Assembly (NCBI RefSeq): GCF_963921235.1
Contig: NC_086108.1
Span: forward strand, 108,874,001-108,938,000
DNA from: Mobula hypostoma
Taxonomy: Eukaryota
Reading direction: 5' to 3'
DNA: 64,000 nucleotides
A model generated the notes under the pieces. That model did not search any database. It was not told the DNA's origin and saw only the letters and a list, made by a program, of their open reading frames with translations. The position numbers were made by a program, and so were the translations under genes. This document shows positions 1 through 13,201 of the stretch, in pieces. Position 1 is the stretch's first letter, and each line of letters opens with the position of its first letter.

Positions 1-329
1 TAGCTAGGATACAACATCCATGGTTGACTCTGACTGACAGAGGCCCTCAGCTCACAGGTTAATTGGTCTTTGTATATTGTCCTGTGACTACGTTTGTGTT
101 AAATAGGTGGGATGCTGGACAGCATGGCTTTTTGGGCCGGAAGGATCTGTTCCAAACTGTACAAATAAATTTATGTAAATCTATGCATAAACAAAGACTG
201 ATTAATAACCAAAAAAAGTGCAAAAAAAATTGTGCAAGTAACAGAATAAATAATACTGAGATCATGAGTTGTGGAATCCTTGAAAGTGAATCTATAGGTT
301 GTGAAATCAGTTTAGAGGTGAGGTGAATG

Positions 330-1380
330 AAGTTATCCACGCTGGTTCAGGAGCATAATGCCTGTAGCGTAATAACCATTCCTGAAATTGGTGGTGTGGA
401 CCATAAGGCTCCTGTACCTCTTGGTAGTAGTGCTTCTACAGTGGAGGTCCTTTATGATGGATGCTGCTTTCTTGTGACAACACTCCTTGTATATATTCTC
501 AGTAGTGAGGAGGGCTTTTCTTGGGCTGTATTCACCACCTTCTGTAGACTTTTCTATTCCATGATGCAATCAGTTAGCAAATTCTCCACTCTGCATCGAT
601 AGAAGCTCATTAAAGTTTTATAGAACATAGAATAGTACAGCACAGTACAGGCCCTTCGGCCCACAATGTTGTGCCGACCCTCAAACCCTGCCTCCCATAT
701 AACCCCCCACCTTAAATTCCTCCATATACCTGTCTAGTAGTCTCTTAAACTTCACTAGTGTATCTGCCTCCACCTCTGACTCAGGCAGTGCATTCCACGC
801 ACCAACCACTCTCTGAGTAAAAAACCTTCCCCTAATATCCCCCTTGAACTTCCCACCCCTTACCTTAAAGCCACGTCCTCTTGTATTAAGCAGTGGTGCC
901 CTGGGGAAGAAGCGCTGGCTATCCACTCTATTTATTCCTCTTAGTATCTTGTACACCTCTATCATGTCTCCTCTCACCCTCCTTCTCTCCAAAGAGTAAA
1001 GCCCTAGCTCCCTTAATCTCTGATCATAATGCATACTCTCTAAACCAGGCAGCATCCTGGAAAATCTCCTCTGTACCTTTTCCAATGCTTCCACATCCTT
1101 CCTATAGTGAGGTGACCAGAACTGGACACAGTACTCCAAGTGACATGTTTTAGGTGACATGCCGAGTCTGTGAAAATTTCTAAGAAACTAGAAAGAAAAG
1201 GCACTGTCGTACCTTCTCTGTAATGATCCTCTGATATGATAATGTCAAGGAATTTAAAATTATTGACCCTCTCTGCCTCCAATCTCGTAATAAAGACTGG
1301 CTCATGGACCTCCGGCTTCTTCATCCTGTAGTCAATAATCAGCTCTTTGAATTTGCTGACATTGAATGACAGATTATTGG
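330..1380 (-). mobile_element. Old degenerate Rex1/Babar-like non-LTR retrotransposon 3' fragment, interrupted by a CR1
   Basis: Minus ORFs 1040-1324 (HEPVFI..ERVNNFKFLDIIISED) and 333-569 (KKAASIIKD) resemble the C-terminal part of the Rex-like RT seen at 33880-35458; split by the CR1 at 620-1142. Confidence 0.6.
620..1142 (-). mobile_element. CR1 LINE, 5'-truncated (ORF2 C-terminus + 3' UTR)
   Basis: ORF 681-1160 HLEYCVQFWSPHYRKDVEALEKVQRRF...FFTQRVVGAWNALP; TTCTATG-type tail; nearly identical to 36488-37045. Confidence 0.93.
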
Positions 1381-1639
1381 TGTGTACAACAATAGGACAT
1401 AGGATAGAAAAAGTGCATTAAGAAAAGATCAATTCTAAACAGTGGATCATTGTGTTCAGGCAGGAGGGACAGAAGCTCCACACCACCAGATTCAAGAATG
1501 GCTACATGCCTTCAATCATTCAGTTCTAGAACCAGCTGGCACAACTCAAATCATGATTTCCTATGGTTACTATGACCACTTTAATCACTTTGCACTAAAG
1601 TGCACTTCCTGGTTTTTGTTCTACTTGTGCTCTTGTTTG

Positions 1640-1775
1640 AGTTAGTCCTGATGAAGGGTCTCGGCTTGAAACGTCGACTGCACCTCTTCCTACAGATGCT
1701 GCCTGGCCTGCTGCGTTCACCAGCAACTTTTATGCGTGTGCTTGAATTTCCAGCATCTGCAGAATTTCTGTTGTT
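1640..1775 (+). mobile_element. Solo Penelope-like pLTR/tail containing a minimal hammerhead motif
   Basis: Matches the 3' end of the PLE at 43006-43148; flanked by TCTTGTTTG direct repeat (1631-1639 / 1775-1783). Confidence 0.85.
1644..1679 (+). ncRNA. Minimal type I hammerhead ribozyme motif (PLE-associated)
   Basis: AGTC-CTGATGA-AGGGTCTCGGCTT-GAAAC-GTC-GACT: stem I AGTC/GACT, CUGANGA and GAAA core, palindromic ACGT in place of stem III. Confidence 0.7.
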
Positions 1776-1816
1776 CTTGTTTGTAAAAATAGTTTTTCTT
1801 GCGAATGCTACTTATT

Positions 1817-2104
1817 TTAAAGGCATCCATTAGTCTTGCGAGACCATGGATCTGTGCCTGGGCGCAGGCCTGGGCAAGGTTGTATGGAAGACCAGCAGTT
1901 GCCCATGCTGCAAGTCTCTCCTCTCCACGACACCGATGTTGTCCAAGGGAAGGGCATTAGGACCCATACAACTTGGCACCAGTGTCGTCGCAGAGCAATG
2001 TGTGATTAAGTGCCTTGCTCAAGGACACAACACATTCCCTCAGCTGGGGCTCGAACTCACGACCTTCAAGTCACTAGTCCAATGCCTTAACCACTTGGCC
2101 ACGA
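1817..2104 (-). mobile_element. tRNA-derived SINE (family A)
   Basis: Pol III A-box TGGCCAAGTGG and B-box GTTCGAGCC on minus strand; TSD GCTACTTATT (1807-1816 / 2105-2114); same family as 34667-34970 and 49036-49343. Confidence 0.88.
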
Positions 2105-2171
2105 GCTACTTATTCGATGCTATGTTATTGTGATGCTGCTGCAAGTCAGTTTTTCATTGCACCTGTGCATA

Positions 2172-2322
2172 CATAGAAAACATAGAAAATAGGTGCAGGA
2201 GTAGGCCATTCGGCCCTTCGAGCCTGCACCGCCATTCAGTATGATCATGGCTGATCATCCAATTCAGAACCCTGCACCAGCCTTCCCTCCATACCCCCAG
2301 ATCCCTTTAGCCACAAGGGCCG
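2172..2322 (-). mobile_element. CR1 3' UTR fragment
   Basis: Reverse complement resembles the 3' UTR of the CR1 at 25506-26155 (GGCCGAATGGCCTACTCCTGCACCTATT). Confidence 0.75.
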
Positions 2323-2514
2323 TGTACTTGTACTTGTGCATTTAGCAATAAGCTCATCTTTGACTTTCACACATACAAAATGCTGGAGGAACTCAAAAGG
2401 TCAGGCAGCATCAATGGCGGGAGATAAGTCCATAACCCTTCATCTGGGCTGACTGCAATCAGGAGCACTATTGACAGTGTGTGATTCGCTGCATCACAGC
2501 TGACATGGGAACTG

Positions 2515-2855
2515 CAAGGAATGACCAGACTATGTAGCAGTTTCTTTCCCCAAGCCATCAGACTCCTCAATACCCAGAGCCTGGACTGACACCAACCTAA
2601 CTACCCTCTACTCTGCCTATTGTCTTGTTTATTATTTATTGTAATGCCTGCACTGTTTTGTGCACTTTATGCAGTCCTGGGTAGGTCTGTAGTCTAGTGT
2701 AGTTTTTGTGTTGTTTTACATAGTTCAGTGTAGTTTTTGTATTGTTTCATGTAGCACCATGGTCCTAAAAAACGATGTCTCATTTTTACTGTGTACTGTA
2801 CAAGCAGTTATGGTCGAAATGACAATAAAAAGTGACTTGACGTGACTTAACTTGA
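2515..2855 (+). mobile_element. Rex-like retrotransposon 3' end
   Basis: SSFFPQAIRLLN-type C-terminus, AATAAA and (GACTT)n tail. Confidence 0.6.
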
Positions 2856-3898
2856 TCTGATTGTAGGTCCCTACAAAGGATTGCAAGACTGCTGAGAGGA
2901 TCACCAGGGTCTCTCTTCCACCCATCAGATGTTTATTAGCAGCACTGTGCATGTAGGGCTCTCAGCATCCGTCCAGCAATTTCTTTGACCCCCCCCCCAC
3001 CCTCAGGCAGGAGCTACTGCAGCATTAGGACAAGGACTGTTAGTATGGGAAACAGCTTATTCCCCCAGGCCACGAGCCTGCTAAACTCCCTGCCACCACC
3101 AAAGGTCTCATCACGCGTGAAACACCAGTAGTGTTATACTATCTGCTTTTTAACTTGTATATTGTTGATTTACTACTGGTAATATTACTTTATGTGTTGT
3201 GTATGTGAGTTATATATACTGTGTTGTGCACCTTGGTCCAGAGGAACGTTGTTTCATTTGGCAATATACATATGTACAGTTGAGTGACAATGAATTTGAA
3301 CTTGAATCTTCAGTAAAATCATGCCTTCTCTGCCTTGGACTCAAAGGAACTCTGGCAAAAGTGATCTGGTTAAACACGCGAGGCTGAGAGGTTTGGTGAG
3401 GGATTTCTGGGAGTCTGATCCTCCTCAGTTAAAGACACATCTGTCAGTGAGGAGCCATTGGTTATGCACAAGAGTCCAGAACTGAAGGAGTGTAGAGATC
3501 TAAGAGGTTTCATTCAGATGGTTAAATAATTTTAATTATATCCATGGGTAAAATTAGTGAATTACTTCAGGACTGTAACAGTATAATTGGACTGCAGGGA
3601 AGTTTGAAAAAACAACACATTAAAGAAGGACAAACACAATATCACAGATTGCCCTCCTGGGATGTTTATATTCCACTGAAGGTTAGCAATCTAGCAATAA
3701 TTATCATTTCATCCTCACAGTAAAATTGTTTGTCCTCTATCAGTTTTCTCTTTACTGCATTGCCGATTGACTTTAGCGACTCTAATCCATAATTTTCACG
3801 AACCCGTTAACTCCCGATGCTGCCCACGTTGGAACAACAAAATTAACTCAATACTGTACTAGATTCTGATCCATATTCAGATGTATTTATCACATGGT

Positions 3899-4429
3899 CA
3901 GTACTGTGCAAAGTCTCAGGCACATATATGTAGCTACGGTGCCTAAGACTTTTGCAAGGTACTGTATTTGTCAATGTAGAAAGGAGAGCGAGTTTGTAAA
4001 TATGGCACGAGCAAAGGATGCTGGGAATGGCGAGGGTGGAGCACTGTGGGAGGGGTGTGAGACAGGTGGCAGAGGCGGAGTGCCAGGGGTGGGTGGTTTG
4101 CACGGGTGTAGACACACCCAGCCCTGAGGCACCAGGCAAAATCATTTGATTCCAAGTAATTGGTTTATTGATCATTACAGAATGCCTCTCTGGCGCTTCC
4201 TACTTCCTCCCCTTTCTGCAACCATGATTTCCCTCTCCCTTCCCCATCCCACTCTCAGTCCATAATGGAGACCCACATCAGAATCAGGTTTATCATCACT
4301 CACACGTCATGAAATTTAGTTTGTTTTTGCAGCAGCAGTACAGAGCAATATACAAAATTACTACAATACTGTGCAAATATTTTATTTACTCTTGCTATAT
4401 GCATGTTCCTGGACTTTTGCACGGTACTG
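3899..4429. mobile_element. Composite non-autonomous element bracketed by two Tc1-like TIR-only mini-MITEs
   Basis: CAGTACTGTGCAAA...TTTGCA(C/A)GGTACTG hairpins at 3899-3964 and 4364-4429 with TA flanks; second copy of the whole unit at 24583-25080. Confidence 0.75.
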
Positions 4430-4661
4430 TACATCAAAGAATACAATGAAATGTGTTATTTGTGTTAACAACCAACACAATCTAGGGATATGTTGTGGAC
4501 GGCCCACCAGAATCACATTCCAGTGCCTACATGGCATACCCACAACGCTCAGCAGAGCAACACAGAACACCACAAGCCAAAAAAAACAACAGCAAACCCA
4601 CCTAACCATGAGTACAGACAGGTCCCCATCTGCAGGACTCCAGTCTCCGAGGTGCCAGCCA

Positions 4662-5608
4662 CGATCATAGTCCACAACTTCCGCCATCTCCAATGGGATC
4701 CCACCACTAAGCACATCTTTCTCTAACCGCCCCCCCCCCCCACTTTCTGCTTTCCACAGGGATCGCTTCCTGTGTGACTCCCTTGTCAATTCGTCCCTCC
4801 CCACTGATCTCGCTCCCGGCACTTATCCTTGCAAGCGGAACAAGTGCTTCACCTGCCCCTGCACCTCCTCCCTCACTACCATTCAGGGACCCAACAAGTC
4901 CTTCCAGGTGAGGCGACACTTCACCTGTGAGTCTGATGGGGTCATACTCTGTGTTCGGTGCTCCCGTTGTGGCCTCCTGTATATTGGTGAGACCTGACAT
5001 AGAGTGGGAGACTGCTTCGCCGAGCAATTACACGCCATCCGCCAGTAAAAGCGGGATCTCCCAGTGGCCACCCATTTTAATTCCACTTCCCATTCCCATT
5101 CCGATATGTCTATCCATGGCCTCCTCCACTGTCATGATGAGGTCACACTTTGGTTCGAGGAACAACTCCTTATATTCCGCCTGGGTAACTTCCAACCTAA
5201 TGGCATGAACATTGATTTCTTGAACTTCTGGTAATGCCCATTCCCCATCCTCTTTTCCCTCTCTCACCTTATCTCCTTGGCCACCCATCACCTCCCTCTG
5301 GTGTTCCTACCCACACCCTCCCTTTTACTTTCTTCCATGACCTTCTGTCTTTCACCAATTAACTTCCTAGCTCTTTGCTTCATCCTCCCCTCCAAGCTTT
5401 ACCTATCGCCCGGTGTTTCTCTCCACCCTCACCCCACCTTTCAAATCCACCCTTCAGCGTTTTTTCCCACCAGTCCTGCCGAAGGGTTTCAGTCCGAAAT
5501 GTCGACTGTACTTCTTTCCGCAGACGCTGCCTGGTTTGCTGAGTTCCTCAGCATTTTGTGTGCGTTGCTTGGATTTCCAGCATCTGCAGATTTTCTTTTG
5601 TTTGTGCC
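4662..5608 (+). mobile_element. Penelope-like element, 5'-truncated (GIY-YIG endonuclease region + pLTR)
   Basis: Encodes a degenerate GVILCVRCSRCGLLYIGET...RFAE GIY-YIG segment; homologous to 42150-43148; decayed hammerhead near 5472-5507. Confidence 0.88.
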
Positions 5609-5844
5609 TTCAATGAGATTTTCTCCAGTCGTACTAGAAGTTCTTCAAGTTGCCTTTCTTAATACCTTCTTTAATCTAGGGCATCAGTTGCTCTGACTTG
5701 AATTATGAATTGAAATAACAGCTATAGACGATTTCAAAATAATGGTGCATGGTAGGGAACTTAGATCATGATTTTCATGATCAGCAAACCAAAATCCCCA
5801 ATATACACCAAAAGTATTCAGGAAGCAAAATCTTGGTTGTTTAG

Positions 5845-6190
5845 TGATATTGAAAGACTTAGATAGAGTGGACATAGAGAGGATGTTTCAAATAATGTGG
5901 GTGTCAAGGACCAGAGGGCACAGCCTCAGAAGAGAAAGATATTCTTTCAGAACAGAGATGAGGAACAATTTCTTTAGCCAGATGATGGCGAGTCTGTGGA
6001 ATTCACTGCTATGAACGACTGTAGATGCCAAGCCATTAGATATATTTAAAGTAAGGGTTGATAGGTTCTTAATTAATAAGGGGATTGAAGGTTATGGGGA
6101 AAAGGCAGAAGAATGAGAGGAGTAATAAATCAGCCCTGATGGAATGGCATAGTAGATTAAATGGGCTGAATGGCCAAATTCTGCTCTTAT
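5845..6190 (+). mobile_element. Old CR1 3' fragment
   Basis: Degenerate SRTRGHSL...RNNFFSQ region and ATGGGCTGAATGGCC 3' UTR. Confidence 0.7.
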
Positions 6191-6974
6191 TACCCATTGA
6201 GTTCCCCCATCTTATGCGTGCTTTGCATTGGAATACTTGTCCTGTAATTAAAATACAAGTACCAGTGTGAAAATAATCAAGGTCTCATAACCTTGGTTAA
6301 CTTGCTGAAAAAAAACTCTAGATTATGACAAAAGGCAAGATATAACTATTGAGGAATAAAGGGGAATTAAACAGCCCATAAAGATTTGACAGTAGCAATG
6401 CAGACTCAAAGATCCAAGTGGTTTTCTTGTATGTTCTAAATCTATGACATTCAAATCCTGCTCCTAAACATAGTTATCTTTAACCTTCTGGGCACAATGA
6501 AGAAATTATGGCTTTACAATTATGCTGTTCAAATATTCATGACTGAATGCTCCAACACTATGGTGTGAAGTTCCTTTCTCTTCTGAATGAATGGAGGAAT
6601 AACAGTGCTATTTTAACAGGTCATTACTCATGTTAACATAAAGGACAAAGACATTGGATTCTGCATGCTCATATTCACACAATGTAATTACAAGGCCAAT
6701 TTGGCTGACTGGATATTGTGAATTGCCTGCACTAATGTCAGACTTGGTTTAAAGGATTTCCTTTCATAAATTGTCACAAAGGCATCTGGCTTCGGTTTAT
6801 TTATTTCATTTTATTTAGAGCTACAGCGAGGAACCAGCATTTCTTGCCCAGGGAGCTGCACCACCCAGCGACCCACCTTTTTAACTCTAGTCCAGGGATT
6901 CTTAACCTGGGGTCCACAGACCCCTCGGAGGGCCATGGATTGATTCCCGGGGGCTGTGAACTTAGATTTGTGGA

Positions 6975-7400
6975 GTCATAGGAAGGTACAGCACAGAAAC
7001 AGCCTACTTCCATTGACCTGTAACAGGACCATAGTCCTCCATACCCCGAGTATCCATGTACCTATCCAAACTTGTCTTAAATGTTGAAGTCAAGCTCACA
7101 TATAACACTTGCAATGGCAGCTTGTTCCACACTCTTGAAACCCTCTGAATGATGAAGTTGTCCTCTCATGTTCACCTTTCACCCTTAACCCTTGACCTCT
7201 AGTTGGTCCAACCCAACGTCAGTGGATAAAGCCTGCTTGCATTTACCCTATGTATACCCCTCATAATTTTGTATACGTTTATCAAATCTCTCAATATTTT
7301 ACATTCCAAGGAATAAAGTCCTAACCTATTCAATCTTTCCATATAACTCAGGCCCTCTAGACCTGGCAACGTCCTTGTAGATTTTCTCTGTATTCTTTCA
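6975..7400 (-). mobile_element. Old CR1 3' fragment
   Basis: Reverse-strand similarity to CR1 ORF2 end and 3' UTR. Confidence 0.65.
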
Positions 7401-7494
7401 AAGGTTCAAAGGTTCATTTATTATCAAAATTTACAACTCTGAAATTCTTCAATTCTCCATGTAGCCGTAAACCAAGAAAGAAAAAAAAGACAGC

Positions 7495-7706
7495 ATGATC
7501 ATCAGACCCCAAATCTCCCCTCCCCGCAAAAAAAATGTACAGAACAGATCAGACACATCGACCCCCAAATCTCTCCTTCCACACAACAAAAAACAAACAA
7601 AATGGATCAAGCAGATCAACCCCCAAATCCTTCTTCCTAAACAAAAAAAAATGAACAGAATGGATCAGGCACATGAATCCCAAATCCCCCGTCCCACACA
7701 AAAATA
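7495..7706. repeat. Diverged ~60-bp tandem repeat (about 4 units)
   Basis: Recurring ATC..CCCCAAATC..C-rich..A-rich..GGATCA motif. Confidence 0.5.
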
Positions 7707-8650
7707 AACCATAAATAACTGTCCAGCTACACTGTACAGTTGTCTATGTTTAAGGGTAAATAACAGAGATCTCAAATGAAGTCAAAGATGACCACGAAGA
7801 TTTTAAATCAAGCCATCTCTGGATCAGGAGCCAGTGCATTAAGGGCAAGGATGCCAAGTGAATGGAGGGATTACAATTCTAGAGGACTTAATAATGAAGT
7901 TAGATTATTAACCAAACCGTTTCCATAACTCATGTTCTCAGTATTATTTATGTATTATGTATGTTTCTATCTATCCATCTGTCTTTTTGTTTATCTATTT
8001 CTTTATTTATTACTTTGTTTTTCTTTTTGTATTTGCACAATTTGTCATCTTTTGCATATTGGTTATTGGTCCATCTCTGTGCGTAGTTTCTTTGTATCTG
8101 CTGTAAATGCCTGCAAGAAAATGAACCTCAGGGTGGTATATGGTGACATATACATACTTTGATAATAAATATCATGTTCAAATTTAAGTTCAGGTTTATA
8201 GTCATCTGACTGTACATATATACAAGCAAACAAAACAACCGTCCTCCAGACATTGGTGCAATTACAATATACAGTGGCATGCAAAAGTTTGGGTACCCCT
8301 GGTCAAAATTTCTGTTACTGTGAATAGTTAAGTGAGTAGAAGATGAACTGATCTCCAAAAGTCATAAAGTTAAAGATGAAACATTCTTTTCAACATTTTA
8401 AGCAAGATTAGTGTATCATTTTAGTTCTGTATAATTTTAGAGTGAAAAAAAAGGAAAGGAGCACCATCAAAAGTTTGGGCACATCAAGAGATTTGAGCTC
8501 TCAGATAACTTTTACCAAGGTTTCAGACCTTAATTAGCTTGTTAGGGCTATGGCTTGTTCACAATCATCGTTTGGAAAGGCCAAGTGATGCAAATTTCAA
8601 GGCTTTATAAATATCCTGCCTCCTCAAACTTGTCCAAACAATCAGCAGCC

Positions 8651-11055
8651 ATGGGCTCCTCTGAGCAGCTGCCTAACACTCTGAAAATTAAAATAAATGA
8701 TGCCCAGAAAGCAGGAGAAGGCTATAAGAAGATAGCAAAACTTTTTCAGGTAGCCATTCCCTCAGTTCGTAATGTAATTAAGAAATGGCAGTTAACAAGA
8801 ACGGTGGATGTCAAGTTGAGATCTGGAAGACCAAGAAAACTTTCTGAGAGAACTGCTCGTAGGATTGCTAGAAATGCAAATCAAAACCCCCATTTGACTG
8901 CAAAAGACCATCAGGAAGAGTTAGCAGACTCTGGAGTGGTGTTGCACTGTTCTACTGTGCAGCGACACCTGCACAAATATGACCTTCATGGAAGGGTCAT
9001 CAGAAGAAAACCTTTCCTGCATCTTCACCACAAAATTCAGCGGCAGAAGTTTGCAAAGGAACATCTAAACAAGCCTGATGCATTTTTGAAACAAGTCCTG
9101 TGGACTGATGAAGATAAAATAGAACCTTTTGGCCACAGTGACCAAAGGTATGTTTGGAGAAAAAAGGGTGCAGAATTCATGAAAAGAACATCTCTCCAAC
9201 TGTTAAGCGCAGGAGTGCTGTGGAAGATGTCCTGCCTCGTCCCTGTGCCGAAGACATCGTGCCCCAGCGGCCTCAATGACTACAGACCGGTGGCATTGAC
9301 CTCCCACATCATGAATACCCAGGAGAGACTTGTTCTGGAGCTGCTCCGGCCTATGGTCAGGCCACACTTAGAGCCCCTCCAGTTCGCCTACCAGCCCCGA
9401 CTAGGCATTGAGGATGCCATCATCTTCTGACTGAACCGTGTCTACGCCAACCTGGACAAGCCAGCGAGCACTGTGAGGGTCATGTTTTTTGACTTCTCCA
9501 GTGCGTTCAACACCATCCGCCCTGCTCTGCTGGGGGAGAAGCTGACAGCGATGCAGGTGGATGCTTTCCTGGTGTTATGGATTCTTGATTACCTGACTGG
9601 CAGACCACAGTACGTGTGCTCGCAACAGTGTGTGTCTGACAGAGTGATCAGCAGCACTGGGGCTCCACAGGGGACTGTCTTGTCTCCCTTTCTCTTCACC
9701 ATTTACACCTCAGACTTCAACTACTGCACAGAGTCTTGTCATCTTCAGAAGTTTTCTGATGACTCTGCCATAGTTGGATGCATCAGCAAGGGAGATGAGG
9801 CTGAGTACAGGGCTACGGTAGGAAACTTTGTCACATGGTGTGAGCAGAATTATCAGCAGCTTAATGTGAAATAGACTAAGGAGCTGGTGGTAGACCTGAG
9901 GAGAGCTAAGGTACCGGTGACCCCTGTTTCCATCCAAGGGGTCAGTGTGGACACAGTGGAGGATTACAAATACCTGGGGATACGAATTGACAATAAACTG
10001 GACTGGTCAAAGAATACTGAGGCTGTCTACAAGAAGGGACAGAGCCGTCTCTATTTCCTGAGGAGACTGAGGTCCTTTAACATCTGCCAGACGATGCTGA
10101 GGATGTTCTATGAGTCTGTGGTGGCCAGTGCTATCACGTTTGCTGTTGTGTGCTGGGGCAGCAGGCTGAGGGTAGCAGACACCAACAGAATCAACAAACT
10201 CATTCGTAAGGCAGTGATGTTGTGGGGATGGAACTGGACTCTCTCACGGTGGTGTCTGAAAAGAGGATGCTGTCTAAGTTGCATGCCATCTTGGACAATG
10301 TCTCCCATCCACTACATAATGTCCTGGGTGGGCACAGGAGTACATTCAGCCAGAGACTCATTCCACCGAGATGCAATACAGAGCGTCATAGGAAGTCATT
10401 CCTGCCTGTAACCATCAAACTTTACAACTCCTCCCTTGGATGGTCAGACACCCTGAGCCAATAGGCTGGTACTGGACTTATTTCCTGGCATAATTTACAT
10501 ATTACTATTTAACTATTTATGGTTTTATTACTACTTATTATTTATGGTGCAACTGTAACGAAAACCAATTTCCCCCGTGATCAGTAAAGTATGACTATGA
10601 CTATGACTATGCTTTTGGCTTTTGTTGCAGCCAGCAGCACGGGGAACATTTCACTAGTAGAGGGAAGAATGAATTCAATTAAATACCAGGAAATTCTGGA
10701 AGTAAACATCACACCATCTATAAAAAAGCTGAAGATGAAAAGAGGATGGCTTCTACAACAAGATAATGATCATAAACACACCTCAAAATCCACAATGGAC
10801 TACCTCAAGAGGTGCAAGCTGAAGGTTTTGCCATGGCCCTCACGGTCCCCCGACCTAAACATCATCGAAAATCTGTGGATAGACCTCAAAAGAGCTTTGC
10901 ATGCAAGACGGCCCAAGAATGTCACAGGACTGGAAGCCTTTTGCAAGGAAGAATGGGCGAAAATCCCCCAAACAAGAATTGAAGGACTCTCAGCTGGCTA
11001 CAGAAAGCATTTGCAAGCTGTGATACTTGCCAAAGGGGGTGTTACTAAGTACTGA
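8651..11055 (+). pseudogene. Tc1 transposase pseudogene (split 8651-9214 and 10609-11055)
   Basis: Paired-like HTH (GYKKIAK...RSGRPRKLS), VLWTDE, LQQDND...SPDLNIIE with 34 residues between D and E; apparent frameshift near 9178 and a 1.4-kb insertion. Confidence 0.9.
9215..10611 (+). mobile_element. Rex1/Babar-like non-LTR retrotransposon, 5'-truncated, young
   Basis: RT motifs LNDYRPVALTS, FFDFSSAFNTI, GAPQGTVLSPFLF, KFSDD; (TATGAC)n tail; two in-frame stops and one frameshift. Confidence 0.9.
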
Positions 11056-11242
11056 CCGTGCAGGGTGCCCAAACATTTGCTTCGGGCCCTTTTCCTTTTT
11101 TGTTATTTTGAAACTGTAAAAGATGGAAATAAAAAAGTAATCTTGCTTAAAATATTAAAGAAATGTGTCATCTTTAACTTTATGCCTTTGGGAAATCAGG
11201 TCATCTTTTACTCACTTAGCTGTTCACAGTAACAGAAATTTA

Positions 11243-11445
11243 GGCAGTCCTATGTTGTGTTCAATGCCGACTGGCAACTCCTGCAACGCCGCTGGTGCCA
11301 AACTATATCAGTTTCTGCTGTTCCTTTGGGTTTCAGATCCATGGAGAGGGGGAGCTTGCTACATGGACAACAGTTTGCTCTCCATATTGCACTGCCCAGG
11401 TTTCTGAGACAACTAGAATGCAACATCTGGGGTCGACTCCCTGAC
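11243..11445 (+). mobile_element. Non-autonomous repeat, probably RTE-derived
   Basis: Reverse-complement homologue at 15630-16030; also similar to the 3' body of SINE family A. Confidence 0.55.
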
Positions 11446-13201
11446 CGACAGTGGTTCCAAACACAACACAAAACAATAAAAAGCAAAAATAGTACCACAA
11501 TAAGTAAATAATAACTTACTTTTGTGGGCTGAATGGCCTAATTCTGCCCCTATGTTTAATGGACTTGTGGTCTAGGAGCAAGAATCCATAGGCAATAATT
11601 TAACTAATAATTTACTTTGAACTTTTAATTTAGAGGATTATCTTTCCTTCATATGCCCTGAGAAGCAAATGTTGATTTTCTCAGTCATTTCCTGATTCTT
11701 TTATTGCATTAAATTTCAAGATGCCTTGCCAGATTTTTCTGTTAATTATCTTTTTGTTTTCCTGAATCTTATTTACCTCATTATATTCAGGTACTGTTTC
11801 TTCTAAACATATGGTAGGATACTGACAACAGGGCCTGGGGAAATCTTAAACGGTGCAAACATCACTCTGTTGATTTTTTTGCCATCCCAGTATCTCCATC
11901 TCATTAAGTGTCCTTTCAAAGTTCTAAACACTGCAAATTTCAAAGTTCAAAATAAATTGATTATCAAAGTACATATATGTTACCGTTTACAACTCTGATT
12001 TTCTTTTTCTTGCGGACATTCACAGTAAGTCAAAGAAGCTCAATAGAATCAAAGACCGCACGCAACTAGACAGTCAAACAAACCTGCAGATACAAAACGA
12101 GGATCATATGCAAAATAATAATAAATACCGAGATCAAGACTGGCACACCTTAGGGATGTGTGCTTATCCCACTGCTCTACTCTCTCTACACCCATGACTG
12201 TGTGGTCAGGCACAACTCAAATGCCATCTACAAATTTGCTGACAATACAACTATTGCTCCTTTATGGGCAATAGCCTCTGTAGTATCCAGGACATTACCA
12301 ATGAGTGATGCCTTAAAAAGGCAGTTCCATCATTAAGGACCCCTATCACCCAGGACATGCTCTTTTCTCATTGCTACTATAAGGGAGGGGGTACAGGAGC
12401 CTGAAGACACACTCAATGATTCAGGAACAGCTTCTTCCCCTCTGCCATCCGATTGCTGAATGGACATTGAAGCCATGAACACTACCTCACTACTTTTTTC
12501 TCTGCCCAAAATTTCGATTGTACTCTTTTCCTGGATGCTGCCTGGCCTGCTGAGTTCCTTCAGCATTTTTGTGTGTGTTGTTCAGATTTCCAGCATCTGC
12601 AGAATTTCTCGTTTGTGATTGGATCACTACTTTTTATTTCTATTTTTGCATTACTTATTTTATTTAACTAGTTAATATATATTTCAAATATATACAACAA
12701 ATTTCACGACATAATGCCAGTGATATTAAACCTGACTCTGATTCTGAACATGAGACGAAGACTTCTTGAAAGTGAGTCCATAGTTTGTGGGAACAGTTGA
12801 GTGTTGGGCTGAGCCCATCAAGGATCATCTGTGAAAACTGCGCTCTATCCTTGTTGGAAAAGACTATCTATTTTGCCTTATCACATTTTTAATAACTGAA
12901 TGAGCACACACTCAGAGGCCACTTTATTGGGTATCTCCTGTACCTAATAAAGTGGCCACTAGTGTGTGTCAGTGGTTTTCTGCTGCTGTAGCCCATCCGC
13001 TTCAAGGTCCGACATGTTGTGCATTCAGAGATGCTCTTCTGCACACCACTCTTGTAATATGTGTTTAATTGAGTTACTATCACCCTCCTGCCAACTTGAA
13101 CCAGTCTGGCCATTCTCCTCTGACCTCTCTCATTAACAAGTCACTTTCACCCACAGGACCGTTGATCACTAAACTTTTATGTTTGCTTTTTGCACCATTC
13201 T

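Larger units (their letters stand above)
8272..11241 (+). mobile_element. Tc1-like DNA transposon (DD34E, long IR/DR-type TIRs), interrupted by a Rex-like element; outer part of right TIR lost
   Basis: TA then CAGTGGCATGCAAAAGTTTGGG at 8272; ~200-bp TIR matched in reverse at ~11060-11241; inner repeat AAAAGTTTGGGCAC at ~8469; transposase in two pieces. Confidence 0.92.
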
